Assembly (NCBI GenBank): GCA_047967505.1
Contig: CM106538.1
Strand: one strand, 5' to 3'
From: Dipteris shenzhenensis
Taxonomy: Eukaryota
DNA: 64,000 bases
The notes under the pieces are model-generated. The model was not told the origin of the DNA, made no database searches, and saw only the letters and a list, made by a program, of their open reading frames with translations. Made by a program: the position numbers and the translations under genes. Below, in pieces: positions 1-12,394 of the stretch (positions are counted from its first letter, which is position 1; each line of letters starts with the position of its first letter).

Positions 1-2123
1 CTCTCTTGCTTTCTTCAGAATGGCAATAAAAGGCTGAGTTCAAGACAAAAGGTAAAACCTCTCGTAAATGGAAAAAATATTTGCAATAAGGCATATCGCA
101 ATATTGCTAGATTATCCCATGGTACATATTGGGATTTAGTCACCAAGGCAAAGGGCGGCAACAAATTTAGCATTCACGGTAATAGAGGAAGGTCCAAATC
201 AAGAATCTCAACTATCAGGGCAGCAACAATTTTGCAAGACTTCATACATGAAAATGCTTTACTCAACCCCATATATCTACCAAACTCCCTAACGGTGACG
301 CGATCACTGAAATGCACCTTCCAATGGGCTTGACAAAGCTCAAAGTATTTGACTCTATTGTAGAAAAGCAAAGGCAAAGAGGGGATGCTGTAGCTTCTTC
401 TCATACTTTGTATACTCTTTGGAAGAAGAACTTTGGATATGTTAAAATCCCAAAGAGGCAAAAAATGTCAAAGTGCAATGTCTGTGATGATTTAAAGCAA
501 GCGATTGAGAGTGCAACATGTCCAAATCAAAGGGAATTATACAAAAAAAACCGAAAATCTCATCATGACCTTATTCGACATTCTAGACAAAAATATGCAT
601 TTTGGAAGGAGCAAGCTATTTCGCATCCCGATGAATACATGTGCCTTATTCTAGATGGCATGGATCAGAATACAACAACATTGCCTCATTTTGTTGCCAC
701 TCCACCTAAATTACAAGGAAAGCACTTTCTAAAGACACATCTATGTGGAGTGTTAGTGCATGGAATTAAGTTCTTTGCAGATATATGGATTGATTCCTTG
801 CATCTACATGATAGCAATCAAGTTGTAACATCTATTATGAAGGCAATTCGCAGTGTACATGCAGAAAAAGGTCGCCTACCACCGACTTTGAGAATACAAG
901 TTGATAATTGCTGGAGAGAAAATAAGAATGTTCTCATGTTTGCATTTTGCTCCATGCTAGTTGCTCATCGAATCTTCAATGAGGTCGAATGTGGATTTTT
1001 GTATGTTGGGCATATACATGAGGATATCAATAAGGTTTTTAGCACAGTCTCAAGAGAGCTTAAATGCAAGGATGTGGAGACAATAGATGACTTGGTCAGA
1101 AGATGTGGCAGGCAAGTTGGTGGTCGTAAGGAAAGTACAGTATGTGAGAGGCTCGAAAGAATGTATGATTGGAAGAGCTTCATTCTACCTTTCATACAAA
1201 CGGGTGGTGATGCATTGACAGGTCATATCAATCCACACTACTTTAGTTTTTTTTTTTAAGATGAAAAACCTGTAATGCAATGGCAACAATATTCTCATGA
1301 TACAAAATGGGAACCTGAAGAACCTTACAGTCTCTTAACTTCAATTCCCAGCAAGGAAAGGTATCCAACATGGGCTCCTATACAAGAATTCAATGAGAGG
1401 TCTAACTGTGAAATAGAAGGACTAAAAGCATTTATTACATACAAAGAGGAAATGCTCCGGAGATATCCTGATTCAAAGCCTACTTGGAGAGAATGCACTA
1501 CCACTGTAATTAACAAGACACGAAATTTAATAAAGGACCTTGAGAGAATGTGAGGCTCAAAGGATGTCAAGGAAGAATGCAATATGTTTTGGCCAAATGT
1601 TCATAACGATTTGTGCCCAGCTCCAGTCTTTGAAAATGAATTTGTATCATTACTCCCACATCCATATTGTGGACCAAAGAAGAGAGAGTTTATGCCACAA
1701 GTAGATATAGAGGTCGATTGTTTTGTTGTGGTTCGGCCATCGGATGATGAATATGAGAATGTGAAGTTTTGGGTTGAAAAAGTAATTGATGTACAAAGAG
1801 ATGACCAAGGGAGAGCTACAACATTTACAGCAGTATGGTATGAGCCAAAGGGCAGGAAGGAGAATATGGATAACAACACATTGTATACTAATTGTATAAT
1901 GAAGGAGTGGGTCCCAAATGATGAAGCGGTCTCGCAAGTTTTGACGGAGACAATCATAGTGTCTTGGCATTCAAGGGCAAAGAAATCAAAGAAGCGCATG
2001 GGATATGAGGTAGAAGGAAAAATAAAAATACCACAACAAAGTATTTTGCATATACATGAATTTTTAAGGATGCTCGCCATGGAGGAAGTAGAAGGAGACA
2101 GTGCAAATGAAGAATGTCCATGA
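1..2123 (+). mobile_element. Sola-like (DUF7869-type) DNA transposase pseudogene, 5' end outside the window
   Basis: Collinear ORFs 312-1259, 1275-1553 and 1584-2123, broken by frameshifts and stops. Motifs SKCNVCDDL, LILDGMDQ, IQVDNCWRENKN and FLYVGHIHEDI form a DD(D/E)-like triad. Homologous along its length to 45026-47758. Superfamily assignment is from recalled motifs. Confidence 0.8.
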
Positions 2124-2250
2124 TTAAAGTTTTGTATTGAAGTCCATTGAAGGATTTTATTTGGGTACTAGGCAAGAAGCCAATTCAAGACAATTATAAT
2201 CAGAGTCATCACTTCCTATGTCAAATGAGAGTCAAAATATGCACTAGATC

Positions 2251-2470
2251 TCACCCAAGGGTCAAGGCTTGGCAAGACAATAGGGAGTTAATGCAGATGG
2301 CACCTCGCAAGGGACTGTCACATTGAGCAATAAGAAAATGGGGAGTCAATACACCCAAGGGGCAAGGCTTGGCAAGACAAGTGGGAGTTAATGCAGATGG
2401 CACCTGGCAAGGGACTGTCGTGACATTGAGCAATAAGACAATGGGGAGTCAAATTATGCAGATGGCACAA
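2251..2470. repeat. Tandem repeat, ~100-bp unit, about 2.2 copies
   Basis: CACCCAAGGG.CAAGGCTTGGCAAGACAA...GGGAGTTAATGCAGATGGCACCT...CATTGAGCAATAAG occurs at ~2252 and ~2352. Confidence 0.85.
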
Positions 2471-3054
2471 ATTGAGGCTCTTTAAGAGCAACAATTTAAA
2501 TTGTAAACATATGTTCAATCTATATCATTTTGGATACAAAGACTCCAGCTGAGAGCAACGTCTCTCAATGTAAACATATAATGATAGCTATAATTGCTAT
2601 TATAATTCTTTGGTTCAATACAAAACTTGGGTCATATGGCATCATGTCTTTTTTCTATTTATTAAAAGTTTTAAAAATTTTGTGCATATTGCGAGTGACA
2701 ATGTTATTTACATGAAATGTCTCCTTTCATGGATTTATAAATTTATCACGTCAAGGAAAAATATTAAAAATAATTAAATTAACAAATAACTTAGGTATAG
2801 CTAGAATTTCTAAAATAGGATTATTTCAAATTCTTGCATGTTGGTGCAAAAGTATAGATTGAAAAAACAAGATTTTTATGTGAATATGATAGTGCCACAA
2901 AGTGAACTTTTGATTTGGGAAGAATATTTTCAGAAAGTAAAATTTTGATTTGGGAACTTGGATATTTTCACAAAGTAAACTTTTCATTTGGGAAGGATTT
3001 TTGGGCTTCGTCCAAAAACAACAGAAAAAGTCCAAAATTAATGAAATAGGTGTT

Positions 3055-3234
3055 TAAACCTGAAACCCTTGCACCTAGACCCTAAATTATTCAACCTAGA
3101 TTCTACATTCTAAAATATTTACCTTAGGTGCTAAATCCTAGATCTTAAACCCTAAACCCTTGCGCCTAGACCCTAAATTGTTCAACCTAGATTCTACATT
3201 CTAAACTCTTTACCTTAGATTCTAAACCCTAAAT
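3055..3234. repeat. Degenerate AAACCCT-rich duplication (~92-bp unit x2)
   Basis: AAACCCTTG..CCTAGACCCTAAATT.TTCAACCTAGATTCTACATTCTAAA at ~3063 and ~3155. Confidence 0.75.
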
Positions 3235-4210
3235 ATGGCACATCTAGAGGTCCGTAATACTACATCTCATCTTCAGACTCATAACATTGTCAAGTGGGGG
3301 TTAGCTTTCTTAAAATCAAATTTACCTATTAAGAAAGTTTCCTTCAATAAGGTGGAAGATATAGGAAAATATAATGAGAAGAAAAGAACTGCACAAATGG
3401 GTTCAAAATTAAGAAATCATGGCAGCTCTAAAGACTACCATAACGGCATGCTTTCAAGTATTGAGGACATTATAATAAGTGATGTTGATGCAAGAGAAGT
3501 TGCAAGTGACTCAACTATGCTCACTGGTTTAGAGGACATGTCTTGTGTTGCAAGTGACTCGAACATGATCACTAGTATAGAAGACTTATCTTGTGTTGCA
3601 AGTTACTAGACAAACATGCTCATTGGTATAGAAGACTTATCTGGTGTTACAAGTGATCCAAACATGCTCACTAGTATAGAAGACTTGTCTTGTATTGCAA
3701 GTGACTCAAACATGCTCACTGGTATAGAAGACTTATCTTGTATTACAAGCAACTCAAACATGCTCATTGGAATTAGCATGGATCATATGGATGGAAGAAC
3801 ATCTAACTGTGAAGGAGAGATATTTCAACCACAAAATTCATGAGGCATTGGTAGCAAGTTGACTTTAATGAACAAGTTGTCTACTAGTTGCCAATTCCAA
3901 GATATTATAAAGTGACATCAAATAATTCCCAAGGCCACTCTGCAATTGATTTTAGAGATGAAGATTCAAGAGAAATAGATTCAATTCTTAAATAATGGAC
4001 CCACAACTCAAAAACTCAAGATACTATCCACAAAAAGAAAGTATGTGAGTGTCAAGAGGCAATGAATCATGGCACCGATTCCAGAACCCAAGAGACATGT
4101 AATGCTATCTTAGGAGAATATAGAAAGGACTCTTATGCGCATTTGTTGCAGGAAAATTTGCATAACAAAAGTTGCAAAAGATGATTATGAAGCCATGCGC
4201 ATCAGCTACA
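3235..4210 (+). pseudogene. Probable 5' part of a third Sola-like transposase, with a 48-bp coding minisatellite
   Basis: ORFs 3235-3609 and 3616-3843 share a frame, separated by one stop. Downstream LS*ENIERTLMRICCRKICITKVAKDDYEAMRISY aligns with RLTRDAVTKVSMIDCCKQNCCQFADHQMISKLRIEY (45227-45463). Truncated by the gypsy remnant. Confidence 0.5.
3499..3772 (+). repeat. 48-bp minisatellite, about 6 copies (16-aa unit ASDSNMLTSIEDLSCV)
   Basis: Unit starts (TGCAAGTGAC-like) at 3501, 3549, 3597, 3648, 3696 and 3744. Confidence 0.9.
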
Positions 4211-6448
4211 AGGGTGGGATGTCAGTTATGTCATGCCTTGCAAATAATAGTGATGGACTTTGTAGCAATGGCAACAAACCAGCAATAACCCTGAGGGGAG
4301 GACTACCCATGAGGCATACATATGTGATGAAAGCATCCATCCTGAGTGCTATAAAGCTGGCATGTGTAGACAAGTAGAATATATTTTTATCATCTTTGGC
4401 CAAGTCTTGCATATCATGCGCATAGTTTTTGTCCCTATGGAACATTCCCATTTGATTGTTGGATGAGGGGATATGATCCTAATTTGGAGTTGCTTCCATT
4501 GGATAAGCACTCATGCATTGAGGTGATCTTCCACTTGTAGAGCAGTCACAAGCTCTCGGTACACCACCATTGTGCATTGTAGTGGGACTTCATTGATGTC
4601 ATCTTCCATTGCCTCATTGTTGTGCACTGCAATTGGAGTTCAAGCTTGGAGATGATTATCTTTTGGGATTTCATCTCTTCCATTTTCTCTTTATGTTTAT
4701 GGTAGATGGATGTATATGCCTCCTTAAGATTTTTCATTTGCAAGGTGACCTGTGCTTGTTGATGAATGACTTTAGTGGTAGTGGACCATTGGTCCAAGAC
4801 TTGTGCTTGTGGAGTGCTGGCCTCTTTAGTAGTAGCAAGTTGGTACTTCAAGTTTTTATAGTCCCTTGTAAGCTCTTCAATGCTGAATGTGTGTATTGCC
4901 AAAGACTACTGTTGCGTGTCTTCAAGCTTGTCTTGGCCAATATTGGAGCTCTTCTTCTTTGTGGATTGGAGTGAGTCAAGCTTGTGCCAATGCCTCCGTC
5001 TACTAAGCATGTGCAGAGCTCAAGGAGTTATAGTAGGTCTATAGGATTGCCATTGCTTGTACTGCTGATGTCACATGTATTTGGCTTTAGTGGAGGTTGG
5101 AGGTCACATCCCTCACTGCCTTCTCTTGAGCTTGAAGAACTTGGTTCATGCGCACTTCTTCAACCTCCTTCTCATCTATTTGCACCCGAAGTGCCTTGAC
5201 CTCTCTGGCGATTGCCTAGAATTGGTCTTCGATTGATGCTGCAATTTGTTTGTCCAATTCTTGTGCATGTTCCTCCTTGGCCAAGCTAGTGAATAGTTTG
5301 GACATTTAGATCGTTTGGCTAGCTTGATGATGGAGAATGACAGACGGTTCATACAATTGGTGCTCATGTAGCCATCTTGACAATTCTGTAGTACTTGTTG
5401 GGGGTTGTTCCAATGGTATTTCAGTCAATTGGGTATAGTAGTCATACTGTTGATCTGGCACTAGCTCCCCTTGTGGCTCATGGACTGCTGGCATGGCGTC
5501 GATGGGCGATGCTGGTGCCGATGTAGCCTCAGGATTTGGTGTGGATCTTGCCTCAGGTTCAGGCTTCTACTATTGTTGCAGATATATTGGTTGCAATTGT
5601 GCACCGAGCTGTAGCATCTCATGGGGCAATTCCTCAATTCTGATCTCCAGAATAGGCATTTCTTATCAAGTATCTGTATTTGCCAATGTGATAGTAGGAG
5701 AAGTTGGTGATGGCTCCCATACTACTGAGAAGGGAATTTCCAACTCCTCAATAGGTTTTGGTGACTAGGGCAAACTTATTTCTCATTCTTGTAGCTCCGA
5801 TAAGTGTGGAATTTTACATTTTTGGCCTAATGAACCATCTAGTTTTTTTGTGAAGAAGATGACTAAGTGCAGAGTGGAAGGGATTGGTTCTTGCCACATT
5901 TAACCCCCAGGATTGTAGATAGAAAGTGTGCTTCTTTCTTGAGGTGAGGTTAATGATGGTGCGAAGTAATATGGAACATTGTGCCCTTGGCACATGGAGG
6001 TTTTGTACTTTGAGAAATTTAGCATTGGCAAGCCTTGTAGGGTATTTGGCACCTTGTGTTGGGAGTGATAAGGCCCTTTGAATGACTGTATTATCAAGGA
6101 TAATATTGAGTGGGCTCTGATGTACAGTGATGGTGCCGTACTTGCGAACTTGTGCATTGCTAGAGTGGTAAGAATGGAGAAAGCCCCTAATGTATGTGCT
6201 CATTGTAGGATTGTCTTCCAAGGATTCTAGGCTCTCATACAAATTTCCTAGATCCCTTTGCTCTAAGAAAGTTGTTGCTGCATTGGAAAGAGCATAAGTT
6301 GATGTAAGTGGCCACACAAGTTCCAATGACTGGGCCTCGTCAATGGTTTTGTAGGCCGGTGGTGACTTGGGTGGCATTTTTTCTTCTTAGGTTTCCATGT
6401 CCTGGACATAATCCTCCTCAAAGCTATCGCTTTGAACCACAAATGCAT
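4206..6448 (-). pseudogene. Extra ORF downstream of pol (copy 1), fragmented, function unknown
   Basis: Same-strand fragments 5814-6377, 5306-5494, 4546-4902 (coiled-coil-like) and 4206-4451. Three blocks align in order with 56826-57392 of the second gypsy. Confidence 0.8.
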
Positions 6449-9329
6449 GTGGTCATTGTGGTTGAGAGGATGTAGATGTCTGTAAAATCTAGAGGGGATC
6501 TCGTACTTGAGGTGGTGGGCTCTTTCTACGTATCGTCTTTAGTGGCGGCATTGTTTCTGAACCTGCATCCATGTGTATATGGTGAACCATTGATCATTAG
6601 ATTAGTTGGCATGCAGATATGCCATTTGTGTGTGTTTGTGAGACATCTTATTTTTACACATGCTTTGTCATAGGGTAGCTAGGACCTAGGCATCACTTCT
6701 AAGCCCTAAGTTGAAATCGGTTGATGCTACCTGTATGTGCGAAGATGTACGTACATATGCAAGTGAGTGCTCGTGATACAATATAATCCTAACTAAAGAA
6801 GACTTCAGTTTCCCAAATCTTAATTTTTATTGAGGATGGCTTGCGTGTTAAAGTCCTAGCACTTCAGTCGGCTCCCATTTATTGTTGTGTTGAATTGGAC
6901 TGTATCCAATGTTTCTAGCAGTGCAGCTCTAATGGGATTCATCTTTTAGACTCGGTAGGGTCCTTGACCTAGATACTTGAGTTTTCCCTTGTGTACTTGG
7001 CATTGTATAACAAGACCAGGTCACCTTCCTTGATGTCTTTGGCTTTAAGATTCATGTCAAACCATGCCTTTCTTCTGTGTTTTTCTATTGTCATGGTATG
7101 GTAGATGACTAATCTGGTCTCTGTATGCTTCTCCAATTGATCGAGTCTTTCTTTCAAGGATGCTTGATCTCCCATGCATTCCTGTACTGCTATGTGTAGG
7201 CTTGGTATTACAAATTCTAGTGGGACCATAGCTTCGAGGCTGTACACCAATTGAAAAGGTATATTCCTTGTACTTACCTTAAGTGTGGTTCGGTATGCCC
7301 ATAAGGCTTCATTTAGTTTCTCTGCCCAATCAAAACACTGTGGTTCTACTACATTGGTGAGGATAATGCATAATATTTTGTTGGTGGATTCGGCCTTTCC
7401 ATTCCCTTGGGGGTAGTAGGGTGTGCTTTTTCTATGGATTACCATAAAGCCACACAAGAGTTCTTGGATTACCTCATTCAAGAACACTATATTAGAGAAT
7501 TTGGGAATCTCCCAAGTCCCACTTTCAAGTTAAGTTCTAAGATTTAACCATGTGGCCAAAACTTGAACCCTTATTTGAAAGTGGGACGTGGGAAGATTCC
7601 CTACTATGGTGTTAAGGATGGATTCCACTTTCAAGTAAAGGGTCCAGATGTGACCATGTGGACAAATCTTAACCATATTGGGAAGTCCCAAACTATTTGA
7701 AAAGTCCCAAATTCCCTAAAATAATGTTAATTGACAAAATGAGTGCCTCTATCCAACACAATTTCAATGGGGCATTCCACATTCTTGTATAACAATCTTG
7801 CTATGCTTCTCACAACTGCCTTTCTTACTGCTTTAGCTTCATCCCATTTATTAAAGTAATCAATGGCCACAATGATGTAACGTGCCTATGTTCCCTTTGC
7901 TGTTGTATGGATGGGACCCACAAAGTCAATCCCCCATTTTTCAAATGGTTTTTGTGCAACAACTTTTCTTAGGGGATTGAAGTCTTTGTGTTGGGGTTTA
8001 GTAGTCCATTGGCATACATCACAGCCTTTGACATATTCATAGGCATCTACTCAAAGTGTTGGCCACCAATAGCCTGCGAGGAGGAATTTTCTTGCTGTGG
8101 CTTCTCCTTGGAAGTGTCCTCCTGCAATGCCTTCATAGACTTCACTCAGAATTGGCATGATCTGATGAGGCATTACACATCTTGTTAAAACCTGGTCCTT
8201 GCCCATCTTGTATAGTTGTCCTGCAATGAGTTGATAGGGTGTAGCTTTTAAAATTAGTTTTCTAGCATATCCCACTGCTTTCATTTCAGGACGGTGGTCT
8301 TCCTACGATTAAGTACCCAGTGATATCTCCACACCAATCTCAAACAACATCTATCTAAAATAGTGTGGCATCTGGCAAGTCATGTTCTACTCTAGTGGCT
8401 TCTTCTCCCGACTTGACACGAGACATGTGATCGGCAATGTAGTGTTGGGCACCTTTGCAGACCACTATTTTGAAGTTGAATTTTTGAAGCAAGAGGAGCC
8501 ATCTGGTTATTCTTCCTGTTATACACGAACGGTTCACAAGATAAAGCAATGCTTGATGGTCAATGTAGAAGACAAAATCATTTGCCAACAGATCGTGCCA
8601 AAATTTCTTAACACTACACACCATTGTTAGGGGTTCTCTTTCTGTGGTGGTATAGTTGATCTCTGCATCATTGAGTTGTCGACTAGCAAAGTAGAATGGG
8701 TAATCTTTCTTATGTTCACCAGGTTGACAAAGCACACTCCCAATTGCATATTTGGATACATCAGTATGAACATGAAAATCAATATCCCAATTGGAAGATA
8801 TAAGGATGGGTGCTGTGATTAGGTGCCACTTTAAAAGATCAAAGGCTTGGTCACACTCTTCTGTCCATAAGAGTTCCACTAATAATTTGTAAAGTGGTTT
8901 GGCTATTATGGCATACAACAAGGTAAATCTTCGATAATAACCAACATGTCCCATAAAGACCTGTGCACCTTTGGAATTTGTAGGAGGAGGCAATTCCATG
9001 ATGATTTGGATTTTGTCATGTCAGTTGCAATCCCATGTTGAGTAACGATTTGTCCCAAAACAACTCCGTGGGTGACCATGAACTAGTATTTTGTTGGATT
9101 TAGGGAGATGCCATACTCCTTGCACTTGATTAGTATTGCTTCAAGACATTTGAAGTGGTTTTTTTGGTTCGAGTGGATGCACAAATCATCCAAGAACACC
9201 TGTAAAAACTTATTCAAAAATGGCTTCAAAGCTGTGAACATGACTCACTGCAATGTGGCCGGGGCATTACAAAGGCTGAAGGGCATGACTCTATAGGCAA
9301 AAATACCACATTCTGTAGCAAATGTTGTT
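4215..9329 (-). mobile_element. Truncated Ty3/gypsy retrotransposon (RT 3' part, RNase H, integrase, extra 3' ORF), no LTRs
   Basis: FAYRVMPF (~9290); RNase H VHTDVSKYAIGSVL...YTTTEREPL (8355-8999); integrase zinc finger GGHFQGEATARK (8051-8284); integrase core STPYYPQGNGKAESTNK...LWAYRT (6969-7487). Closely similar to pol at 54.9-56.2 kb. Confidence 0.92.
7483..7728. mobile_element. MITE (~246 bp) inserted in the gypsy integrase
   Basis: Imperfect TIRs AACACTATATTAGAGAATTTGGGA / TCCCAAATTCCCTAAAATAATGTT. Removing the insert restores integrase ...DRGTHFVN-EVIQELL. ATT is present on both sides. Confidence 0.8.
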
Positions 9330-10904
9330 GGCATTGCAATGTTAAATTTATGGTTTTCATTGTGCATTGGAATGTTTTTCAAGTTTTCATGTCAAATACT
9401 AAATAATTTAAGCTGAGTTATTGTAGGTGGCTTGTGCAATCATGTTGCAATTGAACAAGATTTTTGATTTTACACAACAAATACTTCATTCCCAAAGTCA
9501 ATGAAACATCTCACTTATTTTCTCATTAAAATGACATCAATGAGATAAAGAAAGATCATATGCATCCTTCCCAAAATTAATGAAACACTCTAATTTATTA
9601 ATCAATCTAAAATAACAAAAAAATAATAATAGAATTTGACATTCTTAGTCTAAGAGACACTATAGATGCAACAACTGATTCCCAAAATTAATGAAACAAT
9701 AGACACAGCAACAAACCAAAGATCCACAGTGTGACTATGTATAAAACAAGAGATCCATTGTGGTTGATGGCAAGATGAAGATGGGTTAGAAAGATGATAA
9801 GAGTATGAGGAAGGGATCAAAAAATAGGAGAGTGTAAGGTTCACTCTCCCAATTTCATTTTCCCAAAATATCGAGATTTTTCCAAAATTACTAATACGGT
9901 GTATTTATAGGAAGGAGCAAGAAGAGACGAGAAATAAGTGACTTGAACATGAGCCGCGAAGGCATGTAACATTGAAGGAATTCTATATGTATCGATGAAT
10001 AGAAGTATAGATGTTAGGTGGACATCATTGAGATGATCTATTTTTGGAAGATACATTGGCTTTTAGTGAGGCTGATCATGCCACGACTAAATTGAAACTT
10101 CTCAAACATATGAGAAGGCATGCAAAAGGAAAAATGATGTAGAAGAATGCCAAGGAGAGAAGACGAGCCATGAAAGTACGGAGAATTTGGAGGAGAGAAA
10201 AGATGTGCTAAGAATCTTGCTATGAAACCCATGGAAGACATAGAGCATGCAATTAGAATTGTGTCAGAAGCTATAGTTCGCTCCTTTTGTGCATGGTCCG
10301 ACATTAGTTCATTGTATTCTATTTTGGAAGGCAATGCTTATAATGAACTTACATGACTTTTACTTGTTTTGTAATGGAAAGTTTATAGTTATTGAAAACT
10401 TTCTTCTTAGTTTGTCTATTGGCATTAAATGCTGACGTTATTTCATAGTGTGTGCATTCGCGTAAAATCAGATATTTTGCATGAGTGCAAAATCATTCAA
10501 GGATAGACTCTTGTGTGCGCATGTGCGTTCTTCGCATACAGCATGCTTCATAGCTTGCATCCTCACATCTAAACGTTCCATTGGACCCATGCAAATTAGA
10601 TCTTAACTCACATTTCAGGATTCTGTCCAGAAGTGCAAGTGCGTGCCCTTGATAGTGGTGTTCCTGATTTGTGCCGTCATTATTTCGCAGATGGCAGTCC
10701 AATGCAAATGCTTAAAATGTGGCGATGAAAACGGTTTTGCAGTTAGCCATGGCAACGAAGACAGGACCGACTGCACGAATCGGGGCCGACTACGTGCTTC
10801 TTGCAGCCTATATATACACACCACCAGCAACCTTCCATTCACAATCAACGCCTTTTCACAATCGATTGCCTCTCAGCTACGTTCATCATCTCCAATCAGC
10901 CGCC

Positions 10905-11501
10905 ATGGAGCGCTCAGGAGCCGCTCTCTCCACAACTTGCAAACCTTCCGTCTTTGCAGTCCCTGTGCGTCTTCCTCACTCTAGCTTCCCACCATGTATA
11001 TTCACCTTCAGTCAACTAGGCTAAGCGAAGCTTGTCACTCATTTGCTCTAACGATCTCTTTTGTCGAAGCTCCCTCTTTCTCAACCACTTCTCTGGGTCC
11101 ATTCCCAAAGAATTCGGCAGTCTGCCCAACCTCTTTGCTTTGCAGCTCCAGGACAACGATCTCACGGGGCCCATCCCCTCTGAGTTGGGCAATCTTTCCA
11201 ATCTGCAGTTTCTGTGAGTAGCTGAAATATTGTCCCTGGACTGTGAATTATTTTATGCACGACAATTCATCGAAGTTACCTTAGTCACATGACTCCTTAC
11301 CATAACATTCCGTTTTCTCGCGCAGGCATCTCATGAATAATGGTCTCTCGGGCCCTATCCCAACGAGTGGCGTTTTCTCCAGGTTCACTGCCGAAAGGTG
11401 AGCATGTCTCTCGCGAGCCACCTGAAAGTTGTATAACGATCACCTGAACCTTAGTCAATCTGCCTATTGCAGCTACGCAGGTGATCAACAAGCCATGTTA
11501 G
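10905..11501 (+). pseudogene. Disabled paralog of the SERK-like LRR-only gene
   Basis: Near-identical to 62879-63980. A 430-bp deletion fuses the first 16 nt of exon 1 to the middle of exon 3 and shifts the frame. Exons 11070-11213 and 11326-11397 are intact. The last exon has a 23-bp deletion (CTACGCAG|GTGATC). About 0.9 kb upstream also matches ~61980-62878. Confidence 0.92.
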
Positions 11502-12394
11502 CATGATCTTGATGTTGCGACTCCTGCCACCTCCGTTTTCGCAACTTTCAGGAGTACAATTTCCGCATTATCCAGCGCATGCAGCTCGATACGGGAATTG
11601 CTGTGAGAACCCTTCCAATTGATAATTAAGGTGCTAGTTGGCTTTTCCTACTAAGAAGTCTACGAGTTCATGCTTCAAGATTGTATTCTACTAAGGTTAT
11701 TAAAGTTAACTCTAATATAACTGTGTTTAGTTAAGTTTACTAAAATTAGATGAAGTTCAAAGAAAAATAGGTTGCTCAAAGGTGCCCCTTAGAGTTGGCT
11801 CTTAAAGAATGGATTCATTGAGGCATTTTCTTTGCTAGCTTTAAAACCATACACTATTGTTTTATGGAATGTGCTCCTCGTAATGGTGAGCAAGTCAATA
11901 GCACTAAACTTCTTGAGATCTATGGACCGGATTTAAAAACGACAAACAAGAGTTAAGAGCCAATAGAAGAGGAGAGAGAACACTTTTTCTTAACTAAACT
12001 AAGATGATGTTTACTAATATAAGATAAAGTTCAAAGAAAATAGGTTGCTCAAAGGAGCCCCTTAAGTGATCATGCTAGCTTTAAAACCATACACTATTGT
12101 TTTATGGAATGTGCTCCTCATGATGGTGAGCAAGTCAATATTAGTACTAAACTTCTTGAGAACTGCCCCCTCCTAAGACATATCCCCTTGTGTCTGTCGA
12201 ATGCCATGATGATGATCCCACAAGTCTTCTTTCATTAGTATTCTTGATGGACAAAAGGTGAGCTTGTCCCTCGCAAGCCACCTGAAAGTTTTGAAATGAT
12301 CAATGTTAAGGCATGCATGCTCTCCAAATGCCTAAGAATTTTGCAATTTTCTCATCCATTTCATTTGTGAATTTGCATGCCGCTACATAGGAAA

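Noticed and set aside
3055-3234. Interstitial telomere
   Set aside because: Only scattered AAACCCT motifs in a degenerate duplication, not a (TTTAGGG)n array.
3499-3772. Possible CRISPR-like array (also 39095-39240)
   Set aside because: Contiguous tandem units without unique spacers, no cas genes, eukaryotic context.
11552-11606. Alternative last exon for the LRR gene (…STISALSSACSSIRELL*)
   Set aside because: Lacks the conserved NPxLCG cap. The real last exon is identifiable upstream in both copies.
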